Source: an uncultured Candidatus Saccharibacteria bacterium
GTDB lineage: Bacteria > Patescibacteriota > Saccharimonadia > Saccharimonadales > UBA4665
Assembly: GCA_964459795.1 (NCBI GenBank)
Contig: CAYWOA010000002.1
Span: forward strand, 1 to 38,227
Reading direction: 5' to 3'
Length of the DNA stretch: 38,227 bases
Positions 24,621-33,529 of the stretch are shown here, piece by piece; position 1 is the stretch's first letter, and each line of letters starts with the position of its first letter. A program made the position numbers and the translations under genes. Under the pieces are notes generated by a model. The model saw only the letters and a program-made list of their open reading frames with translations. It ran no database searches and had not been told where the DNA came from.

Positions 24621-26135
24621 ATGTTTCCACTTATCATGCTGCTCACAGTAGCAGGGGCTGGTGCTGGTTATGGCGCGAGCACGTACATTGCTAAGAAGAG
24701 ATCAGTTGAGGCCGAAGGTAAGGCCGAAAAAGAACTCGCCAAAGCCAAAAAAGAAGCCGACAAGCTTGTCGATGAAGCTCGCGCCGAGGCGAAACAGCTC
24801 TCCGATGACACACGTAAAGAAGAGCAAACTCGTCGCAATGAACTGAAAGACCTTGAAAACCGGCTCGTCCAGAGGGAAGAAGTGCTCGATAAAAAGCTCG
24901 ATGATCTCGACAAGCGAAGTGAACGACTGCGTGCGGGTGAGGACGAGGTCGAGGCATTGAAGAACGAAATTCGCGATATCCGCGTGAAACAGCAAGAGAA
25001 GCTGGAGAAGATCGCAAAGCTCAAGAAGTCAGAAGCGGCCGAAAAACTCATGCAAATGACCGAGCGCGATATCAGGAATGACCTGACGGGTCTTGTTGCC
25101 AAGCTCCAGAATGAAGCCAGGGACAACGCCGAGGAGGCAGCCGGGCTACTCATCGTGACCGCCATGGAGCGCATGGCCAGCGAAGTGACGGCCGAGCGAA
25201 CCCTTACGAGCGTCAAGCTCGAAGACGAGGAAATGAAGGGTCGCATCATCGGCAAGGAAGGGCGCAATATCCAAGCACTACAGCGAGCGACGGGCGTCGA
25301 TATCATGGTCGACGACACGCCTGGCTATATCGTGCTCAGCTCATTTGACCCGGTTCGCCGCGAAGTTGCTCGCCAGGCACTTGAGCTGCTACTGAAAGAC
25401 GGTCGCGTCCATCCCGGCCGCATTGAAGAGGTTGTCGAAAAAGCCCAAAAGCAGGTCGAGAAAGATGTCGTCAGGGCTGGTGAGGATGCCGCCCGCGAAG
25501 TCGGTGTCATCGGCGTGCCGAAAGAACTTCTGCACCTACTGGGTGAACTGAAATATCGCACATCGTATGGTCAGAATGTGCTCAAGCACTCGACCGAGAT
25601 GGCGCACATGGCCGGCATGTTGGCTGAGGAGCTTGGGGCCAATGTGACAGTGACCAAATACGCGACGCTTTTCCATGACATGGGCAAAGCATTGACACAT
25701 AAAATGGAGGGGAAGCACCATCACATCAGTGGTGAGATGCTACGTAAGTACGGTGCGCCTGAAGAGGTCGCGCTGGCAGCCGAGCAGCACCACGACGATA
25801 TGGAGGCGACAACCGTCGAGGCACTCATCGTTCGGGTGTGTGATGCAATCTCAGCTGCTCGCCCGGGAGCCCGCAATATCTCGGCCGAGAACTTTGCCGA
25901 GCGCATGAAAGAGTTGGAAAACATCGCCAATGGTTTCGCTGGCATCGAAAAGTCGTACGCTATCAGTGCCGGCCGTGAGGTTCGCGTCTTTGTCCGGCCG
26001 CAGCAAGTCGATGATCTCAGTGCTATCCGCCTGGCCCGCGATATCGCGACCAAGATTGAAAGCAGCATGAACTATCCTGGCACGATCAAAGTGAATGTCA
26101 TCAGGGAAACGCGCGCCATCGAATTTGCAAAATAG
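24621..26135 (+). CDS. rny: ribonuclease Y
   Basis: 504 aa. N-terminal TM helix, long K/E-rich coiled coil, KH domain (MKGRIIGKEGRNIQALQRATGVDIMVDD) and HD domain (NVLKHSTEMAHMAGMLA...LFHDMGKA). Confidence 0.95.
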   Translation: MFPLIMLLTVAGAGAGYGASTYIAKKRSVEAEGKAEKELAKAKKEADKLVDEARAEAKQLSDDTRKEEQTRRNELKDLENRLVQREEVLDKKLDDLDKRSERLRAGEDEVEALKNEIRDIRVKQQEKLEKIAKLKKSEAAEKLMQMTERDIRNDLTGLVAKLQNEARDNAEEAAGLLIVTAMERMASEVTAERTLTSVKLEDEEMKGRIIGKEGRNIQALQRATGVDIMVDDTPGYIVLSSFDPVRREVARQALELLLKDGRVHPGRIEEVVEKAQKQVEKDVVRAGEDAAREVGVIGVPKELLHLLGELKYRTSYGQNVLKHSTEMAHMAGMLAEELGANVTVTKYATLFHDMGKALTHKMEGKHHHISGEMLRKYGAPEEVALAAEQHHDDMEATTVEALIVRVCDAISAARPGARNISAENFAERMKELENIANGFAGIEKSYAISAGREVRVFVRPQQVDDLSAIRLARDIATKIESSMNYPGTIKVNVIRETRAIEFAK

Positions 26136-26147
26136 GACCCCTCTATT

Positions 26148-26975
26148 GTGTACCGTTCCGAAGTCGATCTTAACGCCCCAAGCATCTCACTTTTCTATGA
26201 GGGTACTACTGCGGCGATAAATCCAGCGGGAGCCTATGTCGAGTCTCTAGTTGCTCACGACGGTAGATCGCTAATTATGCCCCGCGATACGCAGACGATG
26301 AACGTGAACGGCGAGCTAAGGGATCGCGGCGGCATCCCCGTCTGCACGCCGTGGTTTGGCCCAGGCGAGTTACTTGGTTCGGAGCGTCAGCATGGCTTCG
26401 GCCGTAATCTCACCTGGAAGACGATGCCGACAGAGGGGGCAAACAATATTCATCTTAGCCTGCAGCACCTTGAGCTCCAGGGTACCTCCATCCCGGAGGC
26501 ATACAAACGAGCTGCCTTTGAAATGGATGTGGTCATCGATGTGGATGGTGATGGCAATCCTCGCTTGCTACAGGCGCTGACGGTCGGGAATGAAGGCCAC
26601 GAAGCTTTCGCCGAATTATCCGGGTTTCATCCCTATTTTCCGCTCGAGGAAGGTGCGGATGTGTCCGAGTACGCATTTGGTGATATGGAAACAGGGGATA
26701 GCGTTCGCTACACGCAGGATCAGCTAGTTGAGACTCAGAACCTACCGTTTAGGAGCGGCGATGTTACCCTACAAGGTCCCGGTATCAATGTCCGGATCGT
26801 GAGCGAGGGGCTACCGGTTACTTTTGCGTGGACGGATAACACGAAAGGTATTTGTCTGGAACCAACGGCCGCTGGCGTCGCAGACGAGACCAGCCCACAA
26901 AATCGTCTCCTCCAGCCAGGCGATAGTCGGACCTACCGTATGCAGATTACCTTTTTGCCGAAGACTGCCGTCTGA
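26148..26975 (+). CDS. aldose 1-epimerase-family protein (hexose-6-phosphate mutarotase-like)
   Basis: 275 aa with a GTG start. RGGIPVCTPWFGP...RQHGFGRNLTW resembles the YeaD/glucose-6-phosphate 1-epimerase motif. Confidence 0.55.
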   Translation: MYRSEVDLNAPSISLFYEGTTAAINPAGAYVESLVAHDGRSLIMPRDTQTMNVNGELRDRGGIPVCTPWFGPGELLGSERQHGFGRNLTWKTMPTEGANNIHLSLQHLELQGTSIPEAYKRAAFEMDVVIDVDGDGNPRLLQALTVGNEGHEAFAELSGFHPYFPLEEGADVSEYAFGDMETGDSVRYTQDQLVETQNLPFRSGDVTLQGPGINVRIVSEGLPVTFAWTDNTKGICLEPTAAGVADETSPQNRLLQPGDSRTYRMQITFLPKTAV

Positions 26976-27070
26976 ATTTTCCTCATCCACTCCCAACATG
27001 AGACGTATAAGTGCCATGTCCTATGGCGTACAGGAAGCTGCTATACTTAGGCATAAGAAAGATAAACACC

Positions 27071-28063
27071 ATGCGCATACGGGGGAACACAAGACTCTTT
27101 AGCCTGCTTGCCACGATATTGCTCGTCCTGGTAGTATGTGGCGCCAAGGTTCTGGCGGAAGATTATAATGTCAACGCTGTCGTGCCGTACCCGACGCCGA
27201 CCCAGGCGGCCACGGTCGATTCATTTGCGAACGGCGCGGTGGTTCATGATGCTCAACAGACGGTGAGTGGCACCTGTCAGGTTACAAGTCCGTCCAATGT
27301 TGTGTCGGTCTGGCGAGATAGTCAGCTGCTCGGTTCGGCGGCATGCTTAAGTGGTTCGTACTCTCTTAGTGTTGTGTTGCAGCTTGGGCAGAACAATCTA
27401 GTCGTGCGAACGGCAAACCTCAATGGCATATACGGACCAGATAGCGCACTGGCTATCATTTCATTTGAACGTCCTGTTACCGCAGAACCGCTTCCAACAG
27501 GAGTCAATCAGCCTACAACGACTATCCAACAGACAGGCGCTATCAATCAGGGTGGTCTGGCGAACCTCCAGATTACGACACAGACTCCATTCAGCGTGTT
27601 GTCTCCCGATAGTAGCCAAATAAGTATCCAGGTGGTGGTAGCTGGTGGGCAACATCCATATGTGTTGCAGCTGAACTGGGGCGATGGTAGTGTCGAATCA
27701 CGTACGATTGACCGACCTGGGGCATACGAATTCACTCACAATTACCGTGCGCAGCGGAGTTACACTGTCCGTGTCCAGGCACGCGATGTACTTGGGTCTT
27801 TTAGCGAGTACACGTACGCGGTTGTATCGAATAAAAGGGTTGCAGTACCGACCCAAAAATCTACCACCAAAGCAGGTACGGCAAGTGGCCACCGCGTCTC
27901 AACGCGGTGGTATATCTGGCTGCTAATTAGCTTCCTTGCATTGTTCCTGTTAACGAGCTACTGGCTCGGCTGGCAGCGAGCAAAACACCGCTATGAGCAG
28001 CTCACAAAACAAAAGTCTACCAAGCCCGCTGCAAAGCGCAAACAAGGAAAACGAAAGTCATGA
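27071..28063 (+). CDS. secreted Ig-like/PKD-domain protein with a C-terminal TM anchor and Lys/Arg tail
   Basis: Start at Met 27071 gives signal peptide MRIRGNTRLFSLLATILLVLVVCGAKVLA. PKD-like motif LNWGDGSVESRTIDRPGAYEFTHNYRAQRSYTVRVQARD. TM helix followed by QRAKHRYEQLTKQKSTKPAAKRKQGKRKS. Confidence 0.6.
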   Translation: MRIRGNTRLFSLLATILLVLVVCGAKVLAEDYNVNAVVPYPTPTQAATVDSFANGAVVHDAQQTVSGTCQVTSPSNVVSVWRDSQLLGSAACLSGSYSLSVVLQLGQNNLVVRTANLNGIYGPDSALAIISFERPVTAEPLPTGVNQPTTTIQQTGAINQGGLANLQITTQTPFSVLSPDSSQISIQVVVAGGQHPYVLQLNWGDGSVESRTIDRPGAYEFTHNYRAQRSYTVRVQARDVLGSFSEYTYAVVSNKRVAVPTQKSTTKAGTASGHRVSTRWYIWLLISFLALFLLTSYWLGWQRAKHRYEQLTKQKSTKPAAKRKQGKRKS

Positions 28064-28626
28064 AAAGACGCTGGATCATGGCCGTTCTGGCTGTCGTGCT
28101 ACTAGGCAGCGGATTCTGGGTGTACCGATGGTGGTATGGCCCGGCCGAGAGCGTGGAAGTGAGCTCGGCAGCGCAGACACAGACTGGCGTGCTTGGCAGT
28201 GAGAGTAAACTTCTGCCGTGGCAAACAGCATACTTTACCACACGTTACCCTGAGGATCTTCGCATTATCACCACAAACGAGGTTGTACACGGAATTACTG
28301 CCGGGCAGTATCTCCTTGGCTCGGTTTCACTCAAGCAAACCGATCAACTGGCGGTTACTGTTGGTAAACTCGGCACCATGACGCTCACAGAGCTGCCGGC
28401 AATTAAACTACGCAATCTTCAAGCAGCCACGTACCAGTCGGCGACTCGCACGTTCGTACCCGACGGCGCCGTGGTGTTTCGTAAGCTCGCCGGTGGCTAT
28501 GAAACTTCGGTGTTCTGGCAGAATGATGGGCAATATGCCGCGGTCGTCGTGAGCGGCTTATCAACGCGGCAGGCGGAGCTGGAGCAGCAGCTGGAAGCGG
28601 TTGTGTCCAGCTGGCAGTGGCGCTAG
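28060..28626 (+). CDS. N-terminally anchored hypothetical protein
   Basis: 188 aa. ATGA overlap with the upstream gene. Anchor MKRRWIMAVLAVVLLGSGFWVY. No family recognised. Confidence 0.5.
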   Translation: MKRRWIMAVLAVVLLGSGFWVYRWWYGPAESVEVSSAAQTQTGVLGSESKLLPWQTAYFTTRYPEDLRIITTNEVVHGITAGQYLLGSVSLKQTDQLAVTVGKLGTMTLTELPAIKLRNLQAATYQSATRTFVPDGAVVFRKLAGGYETSVFWQNDGQYAAVVVSGLSTRQAELEQQLEAVVSSWQWR

Positions 28627-28674
28627 CGCTTCCGTTCGCTCAGCGATGTCCGATGCGCTATACTGGGAGCTATT

Positions 28675-29718
28675 ATGCATAAGCTTTGGGGAGCACTACT
28701 ACCGGTCTTTCTGTTCGCCGCTGCACCGACTAGTACGAACTATACGCTGAAGACGTACAATATCGGCTCTGGTGGCAGTACTTCGACGAGCACAAACTAC
28801 GGCTTACAGGCCGGCACCGGCTCGCAGTCGGGCAGTGCCCAATCATCGACGAATTACAAAGCGAACAGTGATGGGAGAGGAGTGGTAAACGCCAATGTGC
28901 CGCCCGCCCCGACATTTACAAACCCCGCGAATTACTACGATCGCCTTAAGCTCGTGCTCGCAACGGGCAATAACCCCAGCGACACAAAATATCTCATCGC
29001 GATTAGCAGCGATGGTTTTGCGACGACCAAATATGTCCAGACAGACAACAGTATTGGCGCTAGCCAGGCCATCGCCAATTATCAGACGTACAGTACGTGG
29101 GGCGGGGCGAGCGGGTTTCTCATCGTTGGTCTATCGCCCTCGACCACCTATCAAGTGAAGGTTAAAGCACTGCAAGGTAAATATACGGGTAGTGCGTTCG
29201 GTCCGACGGCGAGTGCGGCGACGGTCGCGCCGTCGGTCAGTTTCAGCCTCACCACGACCCTGACTTCTACACCGCCTTTTGCGGTGACATTTACCGGTCT
29301 TACCGCTGGTACGGTAACCAACGGCAGCGCAGATGGGCTGATAGCCCTTACGACCAATGCCAACAATGGCGGCCTGGTGTATGTTAAAGACAGCTCGAAC
29401 GGACTATACAGTGCACTCGCTAACACAACAATTACCTCAGCAACGGCCGATCTCAGTAGCGCCAGCAGCGGCTACGGTGCGCAGGTGACGTCTACGAGCC
29501 AGTCGAGCGGTGGTCCGCTGAGCAGCCAGTCGCCGTTCAATGGCACGAGCAATAATGTCGGCGCACTGACGACTTCATTTCAGCCGTTTCTTAGTACCTC
29601 GGCACCGATTACCGGGGCCAGTGCCACACTTCGTCTAAAAGCAAAGACGGCCAATCTCACGCCCAGTGCTCCAGATTATGGTGATACATTGACGATTGTC
29701 GCATCGATGAACTTTTGA
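28675..29718 (+). CDS. secreted protein: S(T/S)NY repeats, an FN3-like module and a C-terminal beta-rich subunit domain (paralogue of 29835-30860)
   Basis: Signal peptide MHKLWGALLPVFLFAAAP. STNYTL/STNYGL/STNYKA triple repeat. FN3-like PPAPTF...LSPSTTYQVKVKAL. The C-terminal domain ends DYGDTLTIVASMNF. Confidence 0.6.
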   Translation: MHKLWGALLPVFLFAAAPTSTNYTLKTYNIGSGGSTSTSTNYGLQAGTGSQSGSAQSSTNYKANSDGRGVVNANVPPAPTFTNPANYYDRLKLVLATGNNPSDTKYLIAISSDGFATTKYVQTDNSIGASQAIANYQTYSTWGGASGFLIVGLSPSTTYQVKVKALQGKYTGSAFGPTASAATVAPSVSFSLTTTLTSTPPFAVTFTGLTAGTVTNGSADGLIALTTNANNGGLVYVKDSSNGLYSALANTTITSATADLSSASSGYGAQVTSTSQSSGGPLSSQSPFNGTSNNVGALTTSFQPFLSTSAPITGASATLRLKAKTANLTPSAPDYGDTLTIVASMNF

Positions 29719-29834
29719 CAACAGCTGAAAAACTGCCGCCGGCTGTGGATAACTCGCTTGCCGCGGCTTGTTTTTATCATGCTTATGCTCCATACTTACC
29801 CCCAGTAAAAGAGTAAACAAAGGAACAGTTAAAC

Positions 29835-30860
29835 ATGTACAAGCAAAAAACAGTACGATTTACTCCGCTAGCCGCGGCTTTGTCGTATATTACGGCAGTG
29901 ACAGGTGCGGTCGTCATAAGCTTTAGTGGTGCCGCTTCCGCCGCCGCCCTCAGCCAAGTCTCGGTTCGTTTCGATCGCATGAAGGCAGCAACTGCGACGA
30001 CCGGTACTGTCTGTGCTAAGGCTGCCAATGCTGGTCAGACATCAGTCTCCGTGACCTTCCCGACTGGCTATACCGTCAGTACGACCGTCGGCAACTGGAC
30101 AACAAGCACGACGAACCTGGCGTGGCCCACTGGCGCAAGTGCCTGGCCGACTATTGGCGCAACAGCGACAACAGCAACTGGTCAAGTCGTCACCTGGAGC
30201 AGTGGCGCCCTCGTTGCCGGTACGCTCTACTGCTTCAACTGGACTAACACTACTGCTCTTACCACCGCTTCAGCCGGCACCTATACTGGCACCGTTGCGA
30301 CCAACGTCGATAGTGCAACTCCTTATGCTACGGCGACCATTGCCGACGACCAAATCGTCGTCACTGCCAGTGTCGCTCCAACCTTTACCTTTGCTCTGAG
30401 CGGCAACACCGATAACCTCGGTACCCTGACCACTGGCGCTGTCGCCGTCAGTCCGACCCCACGCACTGCTACGGTCAATACCAATGCTAAGAACGGCTGG
30501 TACGTCTGGGCGAAGGATGCGAGCACCGGTCTAAACTCAGCTTTAGCTTCCGCTACTATCGCCTCCACCACCCCTGGCACTAACAGCACCCTTGCGGCCG
30601 GCACTGAAGGCTACAACACCGGCATCACGACGAGCCAAAGCGGTGGTTCTGGGACGCTCACCGTTGCCGCTCCGTTCGTCGGTGGCAGCACTGGCAAGGG
30701 CGGTGGTCTGGACACCACGCTTCGTACCCTCGTTTCCTCCAATGGTACTGCCAATAACGCAGTGGTGACACTCACCAACAACGCCGCTATTGCGTCGACC
30801 ACCTCAGCAGCTACCGACTACACCGATACCATCACGGTAGTAGGTGCAGGGCTGTTCTAG
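29835..30860 (+). CDS. secreted Thr/Ala-rich protein, putative major subunit of the surface module
   Basis: Signal peptide (...VVISFSGAASAAA). The C-terminal domain aligns with that of 28675-29718 (APTFTFALSGNTDNLGTL...NAKNGWYVWAKDASTGLNSAL...DYTDTITVVGAGLF). Has its own SD and terminator. Confidence 0.6.
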   Translation: MYKQKTVRFTPLAAALSYITAVTGAVVISFSGAASAAALSQVSVRFDRMKAATATTGTVCAKAANAGQTSVSVTFPTGYTVSTTVGNWTTSTTNLAWPTGASAWPTIGATATTATGQVVTWSSGALVAGTLYCFNWTNTTALTTASAGTYTGTVATNVDSATPYATATIADDQIVVTASVAPTFTFALSGNTDNLGTLTTGAVAVSPTPRTATVNTNAKNGWYVWAKDASTGLNSALASATIASTTPGTNSTLAAGTEGYNTGITTSQSGGSGTLTVAAPFVGGSTGKGGGLDTTLRTLVSSNGTANNAVVTLTNNAAIASTTSAATDYTDTITVVGAGLF

Positions 30861-30895
30861 ACATCGGAAACACCAGAGAAACGTTTACTCTTAAC

Positions 30896-30925
30896 AAACG
30901 GCCGCACTAAAGCGGCCGTTTTCTT
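30896..30925 (+). terminator. rho-independent terminator after the 29835-30860 gene
   Basis: AAACGGCCGC-actaaa-GCGGCCGTTT followed by TCTTAT. Perfect 10-bp GC-rich stem with a T-rich tail. Confidence 0.65.
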
Positions 30926-30979
30926 ATACGATGGTGCAGTATAGGCATAAGCTTGGTTACTCATGTACAATAGATTGTA

Positions 30980-32062
30980 ATGAACGTGCGAGGGGCAAAA
31001 CACTGGCTACGGTTTGGGGTAGGTATAGCGGCTATGTCTATGCTAATCACAACTCCGCTTACTCGCCACAGCGCTGCTCAGGCCGATGAAGGTTTTTCGC
31101 TCCAGGTTAGCCCGTCACCACTTGTTGCGACGGTATCACCTAGTACCGATTCAACACTTGACCTCCAGATACGCAATACAAACACGACGACGCAGGCACT
31201 CAAGATGGGTCTGCGCTCTTTCTCTATCGATGATACATCGGGCGAGGTGAAGCTCGGTAAAGATGCATCCAAAGAAGTGCAGTCACTCGTCAGCTTTGCA
31301 GCGCCCACTTTCTCGCTCGCGCCGGGCGAAATATTTACCCAGCACATCTATCTCCACCCCACATCGACATCTGGCTTTAGCTACAACTTTGCGACGACAA
31401 TCGCCCAGCAGAACCCACCACATGCTAGCGGCGGCAAAACGGCTATCGCCGGGTCGGTGGCAGTTTTTACGCTTATCAGTGTTGATAAACCTGGTGCTGT
31501 GCGCAAATTTGAGCTCGCTAGCGTTGCGGCCAGTAGGCATACCTACGAATATCTGCCGGCTGACATTCTCGTGAAGCTAAAAAACACCGGCAATGTCAAT
31601 GTGCAGCCTACCGGCACCGTCTATATCCAGCGGCATTCAAGTGATACATCTCCGCTCGCTGCATTGCCACTAAATAGCAGCGGCGGGTACATACTGCCAG
31701 GTACGTCACGGACCTTTACGGCAACCTGGAACGATGGGTTTCCGCATTACGAGACGACCCAAAATGGTGACAAAACGACCCGTAAACTCGTCTGGAAGGG
31801 TGGTATAGCAAATCTACGTATTGGTCGCTACGTTGCAAAAGTGGTTGCCATATATGACGACGGGCAGCGCGACGTACCGATTATGGCAGAAGTCAGTTTT
31901 TGGGTAATCCCGTGGCGGCTCCTGCTGGCAGCCCTTGCCATCCTGCTTTTACTAATTGTTGGTATCGTTGTCTTGGTGCGTTCACTTGGCCGTGCAGTCG
32001 GAGCGACATCGCGTAAACTTCAACGCTCTGGGCGCTCCACAAAGACCCAAAGAGATGAGTAG
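30980..32062 (+). CDS. signal peptide, two beta-rich domains and a C-terminal TM anchor (DUF916/DUF3324-like layout)
   Basis: 360 aa. Cleavable leader (...RHSAAQA), then GFSLQVSPSPLVATVSPSTDSTLDLQIRNTNTTTQAL, a second domain ILVKLKNTGNVNVQPTGTVYIQ, and TM LLLAALAILLLLIVGIVVLV with a basic tail. Confidence 0.55.
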   Translation: MNVRGAKHWLRFGVGIAAMSMLITTPLTRHSAAQADEGFSLQVSPSPLVATVSPSTDSTLDLQIRNTNTTTQALKMGLRSFSIDDTSGEVKLGKDASKEVQSLVSFAAPTFSLAPGEIFTQHIYLHPTSTSGFSYNFATTIAQQNPPHASGGKTAIAGSVAVFTLISVDKPGAVRKFELASVAASRHTYEYLPADILVKLKNTGNVNVQPTGTVYIQRHSSDTSPLAALPLNSSGGYILPGTSRTFTATWNDGFPHYETTQNGDKTTRKLVWKGGIANLRIGRYVAKVVAIYDDGQRDVPIMAEVSFWVIPWRLLLAALAILLLLIVGIVVLVRSLGRAVGATSRKLQRSGRSTKTQRDE

Positions 32063-33452
32063 AGTGCTGTACCGACGAAAAGCGCTCACACTCAGCTTGT
32101 TTGTAGGAGCATGGGTGTCTCTAGTATTTGCACCGGTGACCCATGCTGCAACAAATGCTGCACCCGGCTTTAGCGTGTCGCCAGCCCAGCTGCTTATGAC
32201 GATCAATCAGGCAAAACCCTCGCAGGAGACTATTGTAACCGTCAGCAATGACTACAATACGCCCCTCCGTCTCGACGTGGAAGCAAAAGCAATTGACGAA
32301 TCAAGCGCACGGCTTGTACCTGCCGGTTCGCTCGATAGTACGTTTGCGGCGGCGCTGAACCTATCGGCAACGCAGTTGACGGTTCCGCCGCACGGTAGCG
32401 CGCAGCTGAAAGTTGCGGTTCGTAACACCTCTGAGTTATCGCCCGGCGGTCACTATGCGAGCATTGTACTCACACAGCGGGTAGACAGTAGCGCTATCCC
32501 GGCTTTGCGCCCGGCAGTTGCTGTGAACCTGTTTGTTATTAAGAGCGACGGGGTGCGAACCGACCTACAGCTTGTATTGGTGGAAACAAAGCACACCATA
32601 TTTACGTTGCCTAGTAGGGTTACCCTAACATTCGCAAACCAGGGCAACACGCATGTCGTCCCCAGGGCAAGCGTCGGAATCTATAGCGATGACGGCTCGG
32701 TGCTATACAGCCAGGCAGTATTTAATCTAAACTCGGTGCCAATTTTTCCAGGCAAAGAAGCTTCGTTTGTCGGCCAGACGAAGTCGCTCGAAAAAACGTT
32801 ATTACCGCACCACCTACGAATGCACATAATGTATCGGATTGACGGCTCCGATATCGAGTGGATGCAGCAATCTCAGTTTTGGTACGTACCACCGCTCGGT
32901 GTGGTCTTGGTCGGTCTCATTTGTGGTCTACTCTGGTGGCAGCGCCGACTCGTTAGGCGATTTCTAAGGCTATGTATACGCACCGGAAAAGCCGCCACCC
33001 GTTTTCTAGAGAAGTTATGGCGCAAAGTAGCATCGAAAAAGGTGCCGCATACTGCCAAGCGGCATCAGGTCGTCAGCCAGTCTGCCGTCGAGGCTCATCA
33101 TACCATCGCACAAGCCCAGGTGCGTCAAAAAGCTTCCCGTGTGCTTGCGAGCTCGCTGCTCAGCAAACCAGAACCACCCATGGCGAAAAAGACTATACCA
33201 ATCAAGGTAGTAGCCCCACCAAAACCGTCGGAACCAGACACCTCGCGCAAGAAAGATCCGATAGGTCGCACCAAGGTGACTCGGGTAAAAGCGAAGACAC
33301 CGAAACCGATCAAAACGAAGACGACCGAATCGAAAAAATCGGCAAAAGCAACGAAAAAAGTTAAATCGACTTCCGCTGCCACGGGAAAACCACTGAAGGC
33401 AACGACATCGTCGTCGAGCAAAAAACGGAAAAAAACCGCAGCCAATCGCTAA
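32055..33452 (+). CDS. paralogue of 30980-32062 with a ~170-aa Lys/Arg/Ser/Thr-rich cytoplasmic tail
   Basis: Start at ATG 32055, an 8-nt overlap with the upstream stop. Signal peptide, then GFSVSPAQLLMTINQAKPSQETIVTVSNDYNTPL, LTFANQGNTHVVPRASVGIYS, TM VVLVGLICGLLWW, and a basic low-complexity tail from about 32940. Confidence 0.55.
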   Translation: MSRVLYRRKALTLSLFVGAWVSLVFAPVTHAATNAAPGFSVSPAQLLMTINQAKPSQETIVTVSNDYNTPLRLDVEAKAIDESSARLVPAGSLDSTFAAALNLSATQLTVPPHGSAQLKVAVRNTSELSPGGHYASIVLTQRVDSSAIPALRPAVAVNLFVIKSDGVRTDLQLVLVETKHTIFTLPSRVTLTFANQGNTHVVPRASVGIYSDDGSVLYSQAVFNLNSVPIFPGKEASFVGQTKSLEKTLLPHHLRMHIMYRIDGSDIEWMQQSQFWYVPPLGVVLVGLICGLLWWQRRLVRRFLRLCIRTGKAATRFLEKLWRKVASKKVPHTAKRHQVVSQSAVEAHHTIAQAQVRQKASRVLASSLLSKPEPPMAKKTIPIKVVAPPKPSEPDTSRKKDPIGRTKVTRVKAKTPKPIKTKTTESKKSAKATKKVKSTSAATGKPLKATTSSSSKKRKKTAANR

Positions 33453-33487
33453 ACGCGCCGACATTGGTCCATCATCAGATATAAAGC

Positions 33488-33516
33488 TTGAGCGAGATGC
33501 TCTTCGGGCGTATAAT
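33488..33516 (+). promoter_or_regulatory. putative promoter TTGAGC-17 nt-TATAAT upstream of 33530
   Basis: Hexamers at 33488-33493 and 33511-33516. The ATG at 33530 is only 13 nt after the -10 box and has no SD, implying a very short leader. Confidence 0.4.
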
Positions 33517-33529
33517 GATACACGTCACT

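Noticed and set aside
24668-25318. 216-aa Ser-rich minus-strand ORF, plus two smaller ORFs at 24691-25017 and 24702-24995
   Set aside because: They are antisense images of the Lys/Glu-rich coiled-coil region of RNase Y. The low-complexity sequence is produced by reverse-complementing AAG/GAA-rich codons.
31956-32054. Upstream extensions of ORFs 31956, 33488, 34996 and 27011 in the ORF track
   Set aside because: In each case the extension overlaps the preceding gene or intergenic DNA and precedes a clear signal-peptide Met. Those Met codons are at 32055, 33530, 35197 and 27071, which I used instead.
33015-33464. 149-aa and 106-aa minus-strand ORFs rich in Arg, Phe and Gly
   Set aside because: They are antisense to the Lys-rich tail of the 32055-33452 protein (AAA/AAG codons read as TTT/CTT). 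This is a shadow of low-complexity coding sequence.
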